NCBI GenBank assembly: GCA_045863395.1
Contig: BTVJ01000003.1
Location: 195,172 to 259,171 of the forward strand
DNA from: Myxococcales bacterium
Lineage (GTDB): Bacteria; Myxococcota_A; UBA9042; JABWCM01; BTVJ01
Direction: 5' to 3'
Length of the DNA: 64,000 bases
Shown here: positions 34,114 through 48,297 of the stretch, one piece after another
How the letters are laid out: each line of letters begins with the position of its first letter
Numbering within the stretch: position 1 is the stretch's first letter
Translations under genes and position numbers: made by a program
Notes under the pieces: generated by a model
Seen by the model: the letters and a program-made list of their open reading frames with translations, nothing else
What the model was told of the DNA's origin: nothing
Database searches by the model: none

Positions 34114-36597
34114 CTACCTCCGTCTCCAGCGGATCATGAGCTCGTCGCCCTCCTCCACCTCGAAGGGCGCCGCCACGCCCGCCTGGTGGAGCACGTGCCG
34201 CAGCCGCGCGAGCTGGCCTTGGACGAGCAGCGCCTTCTTTCCGAGCAAGGTCGCGAGCTGCCCCGTGCTCAGGTCCCTCCGCTCCGCGAGCTGCTCCACC
34301 AGGGTCAGCATGTCCGGCGCAGACGCCAGCGCCTCCCGCACCTCCGCGGGCACCTGCGCCGCGCCCCACGTCGTCGCCACCACCGGCGGGGCCGCAGCCC
34401 GCATCGGGGCAGCGGGAGCCCGCAGCAGGTCACGCCGCGGCTCCGCCCGCGCCCCCTCGTCGGCCCACCACGCTGGCGGCGTCGGGCGCCCCTGGCCCGG
34501 CGCCACCGGGCCGAGGAGCGCCACGGGCACGGCGACCTCCTCCAGCGACGCCCCGCCGTGGAAGCCGCGCCGCTGCGTCCCGGCCCACGCGCCCGTCCGC
34601 CACAGCGCCCACAGCGCCCTGTCTCGGCGGGGACCCGCCTCGAAGCGCACGGCGCCGTCCAGCGGCTCGTCCCCGAAGCGCTGCCCCCGCGCCCCGGGGG
34701 CCACCTTGCGGGCGTTGTCCAGGTACGGCGTGTGCCCGTGGTCCGCCGTGACGACGATGGCAAAGCCCGCCCGCGCCGCCGCCGCCAGCGCATCGACGAG
34801 GCCTCCGCCGACCGCCCCCCACGACCACGGCCCGAGCGGCGCCGTCTGGTGGCTCGCCAGGGCGTCGTCCACGCCATTCCAGACGCCCACCACGAGCCGC
34901 AGCCGCGCATCGTCGAGCGCCTCGACGGCGGCGCTGCCGTCCGCCCCGAGGTCCCCCTTGAGCAGCAGCCGCTTCGGGATCCCCTCCAGCGCCCGGTTGC
35001 GCTCGAAGGCCGCCCGATCCGCCTTGGCGTTGGCGGCCTCGGCCTCGGCGTCGTCCAGGGCCGTGTTCCCGGGCGTCTCCCCCGCGAACAGGGCCCGCCG
35101 CGCGTGCGCCGTCACGGTCGGCACCGGCGCCGCCGCCACGAGCAGCGGCCCGAGCGCGCGCAGATCGTCGCCGAGGAGCCCGTCCACCGCCGGGAGCGCG
35201 AGGCCCGCCGGTCCCCCCGCCAGCAGCAGCTCGAGGAGCGTCGAGACGTCGCACCCGTCGAGGACGACCAGGAAGACCCGCTGGCCCTTGTCCAGCAGCG
35301 GCCGCAGCAGCGCCTTCGACAGGGCGTGCAGGGGCAGCGGCCTGCGCAGGTCACCCCGGCCCTGCACCGCGCTCTCGCCTGCCGCCAGCGCCTCCGCGAA
35401 GCGCCGGTTGACGGTGTCCCGCGCGGCCACCGCCCGCTCGACCACCTGCCGCGCCGGCGCAGCCAGCGCGCCCCCCACCGCGTCCGCGAGCCGCCGCGCC
35501 CGGCGCACCTCCAGGTCGGCCCACGCCGTGCTCGCGGCGGCCTCCCGGAGCAGCTCGTCCACCGCCTCGGCGGGCGGCTCCTCCCCGAAGCGCGCGAGCC
35601 GCCCCAGCGCGGTGACCAGCTCCAGGGCGTCCGCCCGCTCCGTCGCGTGCAGGCTCCGCCGCAGGGGCTCGAGCCGGTCCTCCCCCACGCTCCGGCCCCC
35701 GGCTGCCTCGGTCGCCAGCTCCAGCAGCGCCACGTCCAGCGCCGCCGCCACCAGGGGGAGCGCCCCCGCGTCGGCGGCCCCGACCCGCGCCGCGTGCGCC
35801 GCCGCCTCCGCCGCCCGCAGCGCCGCGCGCACCCGGTCTGGTGCGCGCCACGCCCGGCGCGCCGCCTGCTCGACCAGCGCTGCCACCACCGGGTCGGGCT
35901 CCACGCCCGCGATGGCCGCCACCCGCGCGCACCGCCCGACTGCACCCGCGAGGACGACGCCCTCCAGGTCCCCCAGCGCCCGCGCCAGCCAGGCGCCCTC
36001 GGCCCCGTGGGCCCGCCGCAGCTCCGCGTCCACGAGCGCGCGGTTCCGCAGCGCCGGCGTCCCCTCGACGATCCACCGCGCCAGCAGCTCCGCCGGCGCC
36101 GCGCGCTCCAGCCGCCGGTCCCACCCGACCTCCGCCGCCACCAGCACGCTGCGCAGCTCGTCCTCGGTGACGGTGTCGCCGCCGAGGGTCCACGCCCCGG
36201 CCGCTCGCCCCACCCACGCCGGGTCGTCGAGCACCGCCCGCGCCAGCGCCTCGTCCTGGAGCCGCGCGCAGGGCCGCCCGGCCGCCGCGGAGACCACGTC
36301 CTGCGCCTGCACGTCGAGCACCCGCCCGAGCCACGCCCGGTCGGTCAGGTCGAGCGCCAGCGGGGGCGCCCCCGGGGCCACCGCCGCCACGAGCCGCCCC
36401 CCGTCGAGGAGCGCCGCCCGCAGCGACAGCTCCCCGCCGACCCGTACGAGCCGCCACGGCCCCTCGGGCCGCTCCAGCACCGGCGACGCCCCGGCGATGG
36501 CCGCGTGGTCCCGCAGGAGCACGAGGTCCCCGCCCAGGGGGCGCTCCCGCTCGCAGCGCCGCAGGAGCTGCTCCACCACCGCGTCCCCGAGGCTCAC
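34114..36597 (-). CDS. pglZ: PglZ alkaline-phosphatase-fold protein
   Basis: FLVVLDG, PTVT...RRALF, VTADHGH, GFHGGASLEEVAVP; GTG 36597 overlaps the pglY stop. Confidence 0.9.
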   Translation of the reverse strand: MSLGDAVVEQLLRRCERERPLGGDLVLLRDHAAIAGASPVLERPEGPWRLVRVGGELSLRAALLDGGRLVAAVAPGAPPLALDLTDRAWLGRVLDVQAQDVVSAAAGRPCARLQDEALARAVLDDPAWVGRAAGAWTLGGDTVTEDELRSVLVAAEVGWDRRLERAAPAELLARWIVEGTPALRNRALVDAELRRAHGAEGAWLARALGDLEGVVLAGAVGRCARVAAIAGVEPDPVVAALVEQAARRAWRAPDRVRAALRAAEAAAHAARVGAADAGALPLVAAALDVALLELATEAAGGRSVGEDRLEPLRRSLHATERADALELVTALGRLARFGEEPPAEAVDELLREAAASTAWADLEVRRARRLADAVGGALAAPARQVVERAVAARDTVNRRFAEALAAGESAVQGRGDLRRPLPLHALSKALLRPLLDKGQRVFLVVLDGCDVSTLLELLLAGGPAGLALPAVDGLLGDDLRALGPLLVAAAPVPTVTAHARRALFAGETPGNTALDDAEAEAANAKADRAAFERNRALEGIPKRLLLKGDLGADGSAAVEALDDARLRLVVGVWNGVDDALASHQTAPLGPWSWGAVGGGLVDALAAAARAGFAIVVTADHGHTPYLDNARKVAPGARGQRFGDEPLDGAVRFEAGPRRDRALWALWRTGAWAGTQRRGFHGGASLEEVAVPVALLGPVAPGQGRPTPPAWWADEGARAEPRRDLLRAPAAPMRAAAPPVVATTWGAAQVPAEVREALASAPDMLTLVEQLAERRDLSTGQLATLLGKKALLVQGQLARLRHVLHQAGVAAPFEVEEGDELMIRWRRR

Positions 36598-39500
36598 GAG
36601 GCGCCCCCCCGCACCAGCGTCACGATCACCTCGTACTCCCCGCCGCCGGCCTCCCGCGCCGCGTCCCTCGCCAGCTCCATGGCGCGCGCGGGGACGTCCC
36701 TCGCCGCCACCGCGGCGGCGGTCCGCACGAACCTCCCGCCGCCCGGCGTCTCCTGCTCGGTCGCCGCGCGCAGGCGCTCGGCCTCCAGGCGCCGCGCGTC
36801 CGCCTCCGCCGCCGCTCGCTCGGCCTCCGCGCGCCGGGCCTCGGCCTCCCGGACCGCCTGCGCCGCCCGCTCGGCCTCCGCCGCCCGCTCCGCGCCCTCC
36901 CGCTCGATTCGCCGCCGCTCGTCGGCCAGGCGTAGCCGCTCGGCCTCCTGCTTCCCGCGCACCTCCTCCTGACGCCGCCGCTCCGCGTCGAGCCGCGCCA
37001 GCACCCCCCGCAGCAGCCGGTCCGCCTCGTCCTTCCACGGCTTGCCGTACGTCGCGAGCGCGCGCTCGTCACGCAGCAGGTTCTGGAGCGCCACGACGAC
37101 CTGGGACCTCTCCGCCTCGGTGCCGTGGTCGCGCACCGTCTCGAAGGTGGCCTTGCCGTGGCCGATGGCCTCGAGCCCCTGCGCCTCCGCCCCGAGCCCC
37201 CCGAGCGTCGCCGTCCACCGCCGGACCGCCCCGTCGTCGAGCCGCGCCAGCCGGCGCGTCCGGTCTGCGGGCTCCCCCGCGGCCGCCAGCTCGCGGAGCG
37301 TGTCCTCCAGGGCCCGGAGCCCCCGCACGCGCTCGGAGCCCGCAGCCTCCACCCCCGCCCACGCGCAGGTCGCCACCACCCGCTCCCGGTGCGCGACCAC
37401 GGGCTCGAGCAGCCTCGCAGCGGCCGCCTTGACCTCCCGCGCCAGCTTGTCCTGGGCCGGGCTCGTCGGCAGGTCCACCTTGTGCTGCACACCCAGCAGC
37501 GAGGTCGCCGTGCGTGTGGCCCGCTCCCACTCCACGGCCCCGACCACGTCCGCCTTCACGAGCTCGAAGTCGAGGGGCAGCACCTTCAGCTCGTCGACCG
37601 TGAGCGACGCGCCCCGGGAGCGCGCCTCGAAGCCGTCGATGTGCAACAGGATCATCAAGAAGAACCGGCAGACCTCGTCCGTGAACCCGAACCCGTCCTT
37701 GCCCTCGCCGGCCAGCACCCGGACGACCTCCGCCGCCTGGAGCCGCGTGCGCTCCCCCACCACGCGCCGGGCCGCGGTCAGGAACCGCCCGTCCAGGCGG
37801 TGGGTCACCGACGACTGGCCCACGTAGACGACCTCCAAGGGGAGCCCTAGCGCCTCCGCCGTCTGGCGGTCCTCCCCGCGGAGCTCGACGGCCTGCTCGG
37901 TCTTCGCCGCGCGGATCACCCACTCGGCCAGCCGCGCCAGCTCCGCCGGTCGGACGAGCCGCTTCAGTTCGGGGTGCTGCGGGAACCGGGCGTCGAGGAT
38001 CTCCTGCCCCAGCGCCGTCAGCGCCCGCGACCGGTCCTTGCCCACGAGCCGGACCTGGTCGAGCAGCTCGGAGCACCCGGCCACGAGCCCGCCGTCGAAG
38101 TACGCGCGGGAGATGGCCTCCTCGACCCGCAACTGCTGCGACGCGGCGAAGAGCTCCACCTCCCGCAGGATCTCTGGCACGTCGCGCGGGCTGTGCTCCG
38201 CCAGCCAGTGCCGCGGGTTGCCCTTGATCTTCTCGGCGGCCGCCACGTTGGCGAGGGCCGCCAGCTCCGTGTCGCGGAAGTGCTCCGGCAGCCACGCCAC
38301 GGTCCACTGGCGCCTCCTGTCCCGCGCCCGCTGCAGCGCCTCCTGGTCGTCCGCGCGCCCCTTGCCCGACTCCTCGTCGAAGGGATAGTCGACCAGGACC
38401 AGGAAGTCCGCGTCCCCTGCCGCAAAGTCGTTCTCCGCGCCCGCGTAGCGCAGCGTGCGGACGTTGGCGAGCCGCACCCGCCCCCTCCGCTGCGTGCCGC
38501 GCCAGGTGATCCTCGTCGCCGCCTCGTTCGCCGTCCCGAGCCCCAGCCCGAGCTGCTCGTCGACGAGCCTCCGCACGACGGCGAACCGGTCCGCGTGCGT
38601 CAGGCCGCTCTTCGGTGGCTCCATGACCCGGCCCAGGTCGAACCGGTCCGTGCGGATGGAGATCGCCGGGTCCGGCTCGCCGAGCGCCTTGACGCGCCCC
38701 CCCGACAACGTTGCGAGCTCCCCGAACAGGCGCGCGACCTTGGTCACGCCGCTCCGCTCGACGACGGTGTGGACCTCCGAGGCGTTGAGCCGCAGCACCA
38801 GGCTCGCCGTGACGCTCTCCCGCAGGGGCTTGCCCGACGTGAAGTACGGCTTCCACGAGAGCTGGCACAGGAGCACCGACTTGACCAGGCCCGCGAGCAC
38901 CTCGGGCCGCTCCCCGCCGCGGTGCGCCGCGTCCTCGACCTTGCCCGCGAGCGCCTCCCACACCTCGGCGGACTGGGCCAGGCGCCCCGCCAGCTCGCTC
39001 TTCTCCCGCTGCCTCGCCGTCGCCACCTGGTCCGGCGTGAACAGGAGCTCCCACAGGGCCCCGAGCGGCAGGGTCTGGCCGACCTCCCGCTCCCGGTGTT
39101 TGTCGAGGAGCCCGTAGAGCGCCGCCATGGCCGTGCGGCTCCGGGAGAGCGCCTGCGTCACGTCCACCAGCACCCGGAGCAGGGCCGGGTGGAAGGGGTA
39201 GAGCGCCCGCACCTCGGCGAGGTCCAGGTCCCCCGACAGCGCCCGGATCGCGTCCCCGTGCCGCGCGAAGGCCCGCTCGACCGCCTGCCCCCACGCCGCC
39301 TCAGCGTCCGCCCGCGGGCGCAGCACGCGCCGCTTCGCCACGTCGTAGAGGTCCTGCTCCTCCAGCATGAGGAAGGGCTTGAAGCGGTCCGAGACGAAGC
39401 CGAGCTGCCGCCGGAAGTCCGCCTCGGACAGATCCTGGGGGCAGGTCTCCGTGATGTCCTGCTGCACGGCGACCAGCACCAGGAATGGGAGCGCCCTCGG

Positions 39501-40340
39501 CACCTTGCCGTCCACGTCGACCAGCGCCGAGAGCGCGTTGATCTGCCGGACGTACTCCTCGCGCGCCTTCTCGCGGATCCAGATGATCAGCTCGTCGATC
39601 AGCCACACGACCGTCGTATAGCCCTGGTCCGCCGCGTGGCGCGAGATGCGCGCGAAGCCCTCCGCCTCGTCCACCCAGAGGGCGGCCTCGTCGACCTCCT
39701 GGCCGTGGTTGCGCCAGGTCAGCAGCTCTGCGGCCAGCGTGAGCTGCTGGCCCACCGTCCCCCCGCGGCGCTCGGCCCAGGACTCCTCGCTGCGGAGGAC
39801 TCCGTCGCCGACCAGCCGCCGGAGCAGCGCGTCGCGCCCACCGAGGCGCTCCGCGTCCCGGTCCACCAGGTCGAAGACCTGGTCGACGCTCGTGAACGTG
39901 ATCGGAGGAGCGCCGGGTGGGAGCGCCGCCCGGTAGGACTCGTAGAGCCCCCGCACCAGCGAGTCCTTGCCCATCATGTTGAGCCGCACGACGAGCGCCC
40001 GCTGGCGGTCGAGCCACGGGTGCGCCGCCCGCAGCCTGCCGAGCGCCGGGTCCCCCTCGGCGTAGACCCCCTCGTCGCGCTCGAGCATCTTGCCGAGCAC
40101 CGTCATCAGGTGGGACTTGCCCGACCCGAAGCTCCCGTAGACGAAGCGCCCCATGTCGCGCCCGTCGTCGAGGCGCTGGCCGGCCTTCGCCAGCAGGGCG
40201 TCGAGCTTGTCGTAGAGGTTGTCCGGCACGACGAACTGCCGCAGCAGCTCCTTGACCTTCTCCGGCCCGTCGGTCAGCCGGGCGATGAAGTCGTCGTTGT
40301 GGACGATGCGCGGGATCTCGAGGGCCTCTTCGAAGCGCAT
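36594..40340 (-). CDS. pglY: PglY/BrxC-family ATPase
   Basis: YGSFGSGKSHLM, WLIDEL, YPFHPAL, LVDYPFD; C-terminal coiled coil. Confidence 0.85.
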   Translation of the reverse strand: MRFEEALEIPRIVHNDDFIARLTDGPEKVKELLRQFVVPDNLYDKLDALLAKAGQRLDDGRDMGRFVYGSFGSGKSHLMTVLGKMLERDEGVYAEGDPALGRLRAAHPWLDRQRALVVRLNMMGKDSLVRGLYESYRAALPPGAPPITFTSVDQVFDLVDRDAERLGGRDALLRRLVGDGVLRSEESWAERRGGTVGQQLTLAAELLTWRNHGQEVDEAALWVDEAEGFARISRHAADQGYTTVVWLIDELIIWIREKAREEYVRQINALSALVDVDGKVPRALPFLVLVAVQQDITETCPQDLSEADFRRQLGFVSDRFKPFLMLEEQDLYDVAKRRVLRPRADAEAAWGQAVERAFARHGDAIRALSGDLDLAEVRALYPFHPALLRVLVDVTQALSRSRTAMAALYGLLDKHREREVGQTLPLGALWELLFTPDQVATARQREKSELAGRLAQSAEVWEALAGKVEDAAHRGGERPEVLAGLVKSVLLCQLSWKPYFTSGKPLRESVTASLVLRLNASEVHTVVERSGVTKVARLFGELATLSGGRVKALGEPDPAISIRTDRFDLGRVMEPPKSGLTHADRFAVVRRLVDEQLGLGLGTANEAATRITWRGTQRRGRVRLANVRTLRYAGAENDFAAGDADFLVLVDYPFDEESGKGRADDQEALQRARDRRRQWTVAWLPEHFRDTELAALANVAAAEKIKGNPRHWLAEHSPRDVPEILREVELFAASQQLRVEEAISRAYFDGGLVAGCSELLDQVRLVGKDRSRALTALGQEILDARFPQHPELKRLVRPAELARLAEWVIRAAKTEQAVELRGEDRQTAEALGLPLEVVYVGQSSVTHRLDGRFLTAARRVVGERTRLQAAEVVRVLAGEGKDGFGFTDEVCRFFLMILLHIDGFEARSRGASLTVDELKVLPLDFELVKADVVGAVEWERATRTATSLLGVQHKVDLPTSPAQDKLAREVKAAAARLLEPVVAHRERVVATCAWAGVEAAGSERVRGLRALEDTLRELAAAGEPADRTRRLARLDDGAVRRWTATLGGLGAEAQGLEAIGHGKATFETVRDHGTEAERSQVVVALQNLLRDERALATYGKPWKDEADRLLRGVLARLDAERRRQEEVRGKQEAERLRLADERRRIEREGAERAAEAERAAQAVREAEARRAEAERAAAEADARRLEAERLRAATEQETPGGGRFVRTAAAVAARDVPARAMELARDAAREAGGGEYEVIVTLVRGGAS

Positions 40341-40354
40341 GGGTTCTCCTCGCC

Positions 40355-44122
<3,768 letters not shown>

Positions 44123-44142
44123 GGGGTCCTCCGGGGTCGGGG

Positions 44143-47100
44143 TCAGGCGTCGGGGACGAGGCAGAAGGCCGCCATGTCCGGTGTGTAGGCGAAGGGGTGG
44201 CGCTCGTTGAGGCGCACCCGGCCGTCGTGGACGCCGCCGGGCAGCGCGAGCACGAACAGGCCGTAGCGGCCCCCCCGGGCGCGCTCGTAGAAGCCCGAGA
44301 GCCAGCGCACGAGGCCGAGCGTCCCGAGGAGCGCCGGGCGGGCGAGCACCGTCACCACGCCGGGGCGCGCCTCCGCCAGCGACGGGTCCTCCCCGGGCCC
44401 GAGGCCGAGGGCCGCGGCGTCCAGGGCCTGCAGGAGCGGCTCGTGGGCCCAGGTCCAGCGCTCCTTGGCGTGGCCCTCGCGGAACACCGCCTCCTCCCAC
44501 AGGCCCCCTGCCCGGAGCGCCGCGAGGATCGTCCTGTCCACGTCCACCTGGCGCACGCGCCCGCCGTCGGGCAGCGCCGCCCGGAGCGCGCCGGTCAGGC
44601 GGTCGGCCAGCACGTGGTGCCGCGCCGGGGGGAGCGCCACCACGCGGAAGCCTCCGAGGCGCGCCGCGGAGACCAGCTCGGAGACGTCCACCCCGCCGCC
44701 GTCCCGCACCACCTGGCGGGGGATCTCCGGGTCCACGACCGGGGCCGTCGGCGCCACGGGGAGCGGGGCGTCCGCCTCGACGACGAGGCCGTCGCGCCGC
44801 GCGAGCCCCACCGCGGCGAGGGCGGCCAGGAGCTCCTCGTCGTCGGCGGGCCCCGGGGTCCCGGGGACGGCGGCGCGGGCCAGGTCGAGGAGCGCGGCCG
44901 GCGTGACCCCGGTCTGGAGGCGCGGGCGCAGCCAGGCGAGCACGGCCGCGAGGGACTCGGGCGGCGTCATCAGGGCGCCGTCGTCCGTGCGGCGCACGTC
45001 GGGGAGCAGGCGCAAGAGCGCCGCGAGCAGCGCCGAGGCGTCGGCGCCGAAGCGGCGCAGCGCCCCCCGGGCCACGTCGGGGAGCGCGGCGAGGGCGACG
45101 GCGGCCGCGTCGTCGTAGGCGAGCGGGGGCCACCCGCAGGCGGCGGCCACGGCGTCCCGGGCGGCGGCGACGGTGGCCAGCGTCAGGGGGGCGCGGGCGA
45201 CCAGCTCGAGCCGGGGCGCGTCGGTGAGGCTCGGGGCCTCCGAGAGCAGCACCGCAGCGAGGCGCGCGAAGCCGAGGGGGTGGGCGTCGGGCCCCGGGGG
45301 GAGCCGCGCGCCGAGGCCGGCGGCCACGTCCTCCACCGGGGCGAAGCCCGCGCGAGGGAGCACGTCCTCCACGGTGCCGGCGAGCCAGGCGGCGGCGCTG
45401 GCGGGGGCGCGCAGGCGCTCCAGCGCCCGGTCCATGGCGGCGTCGACGGCCTGGCGGGTCACGCCGAGCAGCGCCGCGACGTCGGAGGGGCGGCGGGCCA
45501 CCCCGTCGGCGGCGCCGGCGAGCGCCGAGACGACGTCCCAGGTGCTCTTGAGCTCCGCGCGCAGCCGGGCTGCGAGATCCGCGAGCGTCGCCGGCGGCGC
45601 GGCGGCCCCCGCCAGCCGGTCGAGGGCGCGGGCGAGGGCGTCGATCTTCTTCGCCGCTACGCCGGGCAGGGCGGTCAGGGCGCTGCGGGGCGTCGCGGCG
45701 AGCTGCCCGACGGTGGTCACGCCGAGGGTGCCGAGGCCCCGCTCCACGGCGGCCGTGCAGGCGGCCCCTAGCGCGTCGAGGGGGCGCTCGTCGCCGGACA
45801 GGGCGGGGCAGAGGCCGCGGGACGGGGCGGGCGGTGGCTCTGCGGGCGTGCCCGGCCCCAGGGTGGCGGCGCGGGCCGCCAGGGCCAAGAGCTCCGCGCG
45901 GGTCTTGCGCCCCACGTTGCGGAGCGCCGGGTCGGCGAGCCGGGCGGCCACCCGGGGGACCTCTCCGACCGTGGAGACGCCGAGGCGCGCGAGGGCCGAG
46001 CGGGCGCGAGCCGACAGCGGCAGCGTGGCGATGGGCGTGCCGGCGCCGAGCGCCGCCTCGGAGGGCTCCGGGGTGAGCGCCGGGGCGGCGGCGTCCACGG
46101 CAGCGCCCGCGGCGGCGCCCAGGGCCGCGGCCAGGCGCGCGCGGGCGGCGGCAGCCGTCGCGGGGCGGCGGCCCGGGTCGGGGCCCAGGGCGTCCGTGAT
46201 CAGGGCCGCCAGGGCGCTGGCGGCGGGGGCCGGCAGCGCGTCGGGGAGCATGGCCGGGTCCAGCGCCCAGGCCGGGTCCGCCGCGGGGCGGTCGTCGAAG
46301 GGGTGGGCCCCGGTCAGCACCTCCGCGACGACGAGCCAGGCGGCGTAGAGGTCGGCGAGCTCGGTCCAGCAGCCCTCCTGCCAAAGCAGCGGGTCCTTGT
46401 ACGCGGGGCTGCCGACCGTCAGCTCCCCCGGCGTGCCCACCGTGCAGGCGAGGCCCAGGTCGATGAGCACGGCGGCGCCGTCCGCGCGCAGCAGCACGTT
46501 CGAGGGCTTGACGTCGCGGTGCAGGAGCCCCGTGGCGTGCAGGCGCTCGAGGCCGGCGAGCAGCCCGTCGGCGAAGCGGCGCAGAGCGTCGGGGGCGAGG
46601 GGATCTCCGGCGCCGGCCTGGACGGCGGCGTCCACCCCCGCAACGTCCTCGACGAGCAGCGCCCGGCCCGCAGGGACCGGCAGCAGGTCGCGGAAGCCGA
46701 CGACGTTCGGGTGCGGCCCCGCCTCGGCGACGGCCTGGAGCGCGGTGGCCTCGGCGTCCAGCATGGGGGCCTGGTCGGGGCCGGCGATCTTGGCGACGGC
46801 GGTGGAGCCGAGCAGGCGGTGGCGCACGCGCCAGACCGCGCCGCCCGCGCCGCCACCGAGGGCCTCCACCAGCTCCCACGGGCCGGTGAGCGGCTCCCCG
46901 CGGGCGAGGGGGCGGCGGCCCGCCGGGGCGGCGAGGAGCGCGTCGAGGACCTCCGCGACGGCCGCCGCGGACGCGGGGCGTGCGGACGGCTCGGGGGCCA
47001 GCAGCTCGAGCAGCAGGGCCCGCAGCGTCGGGGGCGCGGGGACCCCGTCCACCTCGACGGGCGGGAGGTCCACGGGGCGCAGGGCGTCCTCGGGCCGCTC

Positions 47101-48294
47101 GAACAGCGGGCGGCCGGACAGGAGCTCCACGAGCACGGCCCCGAAGGCGAACAGGTCGGACCGGGCGGTCGCCTCGCCGGTGCGCAGGGTCTCCGGGGCG
47201 AGCGGCGCGTCGGAGGCGGCCAGCGCCGACGAAGTGATCGTCGCGGCGCGGCCGGACAGGTCCCGGGCGAGCTCGAAGGAGCACACGCGCAGGTCGGTGG
47301 GCGGGGCGCCGTCGGAGACGAGCACCGAGGCGGGCGAGAGCGCCCGGTGGACGACGCCGCGGCAGTGGACCCAGTCGAGGGCGCGGGCGAGCCGGGCGGC
47401 GACGCGCAGGCGGTCCCCGAGGCCTGGCGTCGTGCGCTCCACCCAAGCGGGGAGCGGCAGCAGCCGCGCCGTGTCCTCGAAGACGAGCGCGATGGCCGGG
47501 GGGGCGTCGAGCACCACGTACGTCATGTAGCGCAGGAGATCCGGGCCACCCCGGAGCCCGTCGAGCAGGCTGGCCTCGCGCAGCGCGTGGACCCGGGCAC
47601 GCTGGCGGGCGCGCTCGTCGCCCCCATCGGTGGGGTAGACATGGAGCACGCGCCGCTCACCGAGCAGGTCCTCCCCGAGCCACGCATCGTGGGGGCGACC
47701 CTCCGACGGCAGGCGCTCGATCAGACGGTACTGCCCGAGGTGTGTCCGCGGCGCCGGGGCCTGACCGTCGAGGAGGGTGCGCTCCACGGCCCGGCGCTGG
47801 GCGGCGGTGAGCCGCTGCCCCTCGAGCCCCCAGGCCGCCGGGTCGGTCAGGGCGGAGACGACGTCGGCGCGGGTGCGCCCGACGGACGCGAAGCTGCCCC
47901 CGAGCTCCAGGGTGGCGTCGGGGCCGGAGACGAAGACGAGCCCCTGCACCCACACGTCCCGGAGCGCCCGGTCGTGGGCGGCGAGGCCGCCCTTGAGGGT
48001 GCGCGCCTTGTCGAGGGTCAGCGGGATGGGCGACTGCCGGGGGATGCCATCGGCCAGGGTCCAGCGGTCGCGGTTGCCCGCGATGGCCCCACCCCAGGAC
48101 TTGAGCTCGACCGTGAAGACCGCGTGGGGGGCGACGACCACCGCGTCGTGCTCGTAGAAGCGCCCGATGCGGCCCGCGGGCAGGTCCACGTTGGTGACGA
48201 CGAGGTAGTCGGGCGGCAGGCCCTTCACCAGGAAGTCGATGCCGCTCTGCTCGCCCTTGTGCTTCGCGGGCCCGATGGGGCGGTGCTCCGCCAC
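44143..48294 (-). CDS. pglW: PglW: NERD + pseudokinase + Ser/Thr kinase + alpha-CTD-like HhH + sigma4-like HTH + C-terminal alpha/beta domain
   Basis: EHDAVVV...VELKSW; HRALSP (degenerate) and HRDVKPSN/IDLGLA; LSARARSAL...NVGRKT; VAALLGVTRQAV. Confidence 0.88.
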   Translation of the reverse strand: MAEHRPIGPAKHKGEQSGIDFLVKGLPPDYLVVTNVDLPAGRIGRFYEHDAVVVAPHAVFTVELKSWGGAIAGNRDRWTLADGIPRQSPIPLTLDKARTLKGGLAAHDRALRDVWVQGLVFVSGPDATLELGGSFASVGRTRADVVSALTDPAAWGLEGQRLTAAQRRAVERTLLDGQAPAPRTHLGQYRLIERLPSEGRPHDAWLGEDLLGERRVLHVYPTDGGDERARQRARVHALREASLLDGLRGGPDLLRYMTYVVLDAPPAIALVFEDTARLLPLPAWVERTTPGLGDRLRVAARLARALDWVHCRGVVHRALSPASVLVSDGAPPTDLRVCSFELARDLSGRAATITSSALAASDAPLAPETLRTGEATARSDLFAFGAVLVELLSGRPLFERPEDALRPVDLPPVEVDGVPAPPTLRALLLELLAPEPSARPASAAAVAEVLDALLAAPAGRRPLARGEPLTGPWELVEALGGGAGGAVWRVRHRLLGSTAVAKIAGPDQAPMLDAEATALQAVAEAGPHPNVVGFRDLLPVPAGRALLVEDVAGVDAAVQAGAGDPLAPDALRRFADGLLAGLERLHATGLLHRDVKPSNVLLRADGAAVLIDLGLACTVGTPGELTVGSPAYKDPLLWQEGCWTELADLYAAWLVVAEVLTGAHPFDDRPAADPAWALDPAMLPDALPAPAASALAALITDALGPDPGRRPATAAAARARLAAALGAAAGAAVDAAAPALTPEPSEAALGAGTPIATLPLSARARSALARLGVSTVGEVPRVAARLADPALRNVGRKTRAELLALAARAATLGPGTPAEPPPAPSRGLCPALSGDERPLDALGAACTAAVERGLGTLGVTTVGQLAATPRSALTALPGVAAKKIDALARALDRLAGAAAPPATLADLAARLRAELKSTWDVVSALAGAADGVARRPSDVAALLGVTRQAVDAAMDRALERLRAPASAAAWLAGTVEDVLPRAGFAPVEDVAAGLGARLPPGPDAHPLGFARLAAVLLSEAPSLTDAPRLELVARAPLTLATVAAARDAVAAACGWPPLAYDDAAAVALAALPDVARGALRRFGADASALLAALLRLLPDVRRTDDGALMTPPESLAAVLAWLRPRLQTGVTPAALLDLARAAVPGTPGPADDEELLAALAAVGLARRDGLVVEADAPLPVAPTAPVVDPEIPRQVVRDGGGVDVSELVSAARLGGFRVVALPPARHHVLADRLTGALRAALPDGGRVRQVDVDRTILAALRAGGLWEEAVFREGHAKERWTWAHEPLLQALDAAALGLGPGEDPSLAEARPGVVTVLARPALLGTLGLVRWLSGFYERARGGRYGLFVLALPGGVHDGRVRLNERHPFAYTPDMAAFCLVPDA

Positions 48295-48297
48295 GGC

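Noticed and set aside
44123..47446. Apparent 2363-aa PglX with a long N-terminal extension
   Set aside because: The extension is an alternative frame of pglW; GTG 44122 with an SD is the sensible start. Other ORF-track starts were trimmed likewise (e.g. 736, 3558, 22697, 33846, 37038, 54306, 59478).
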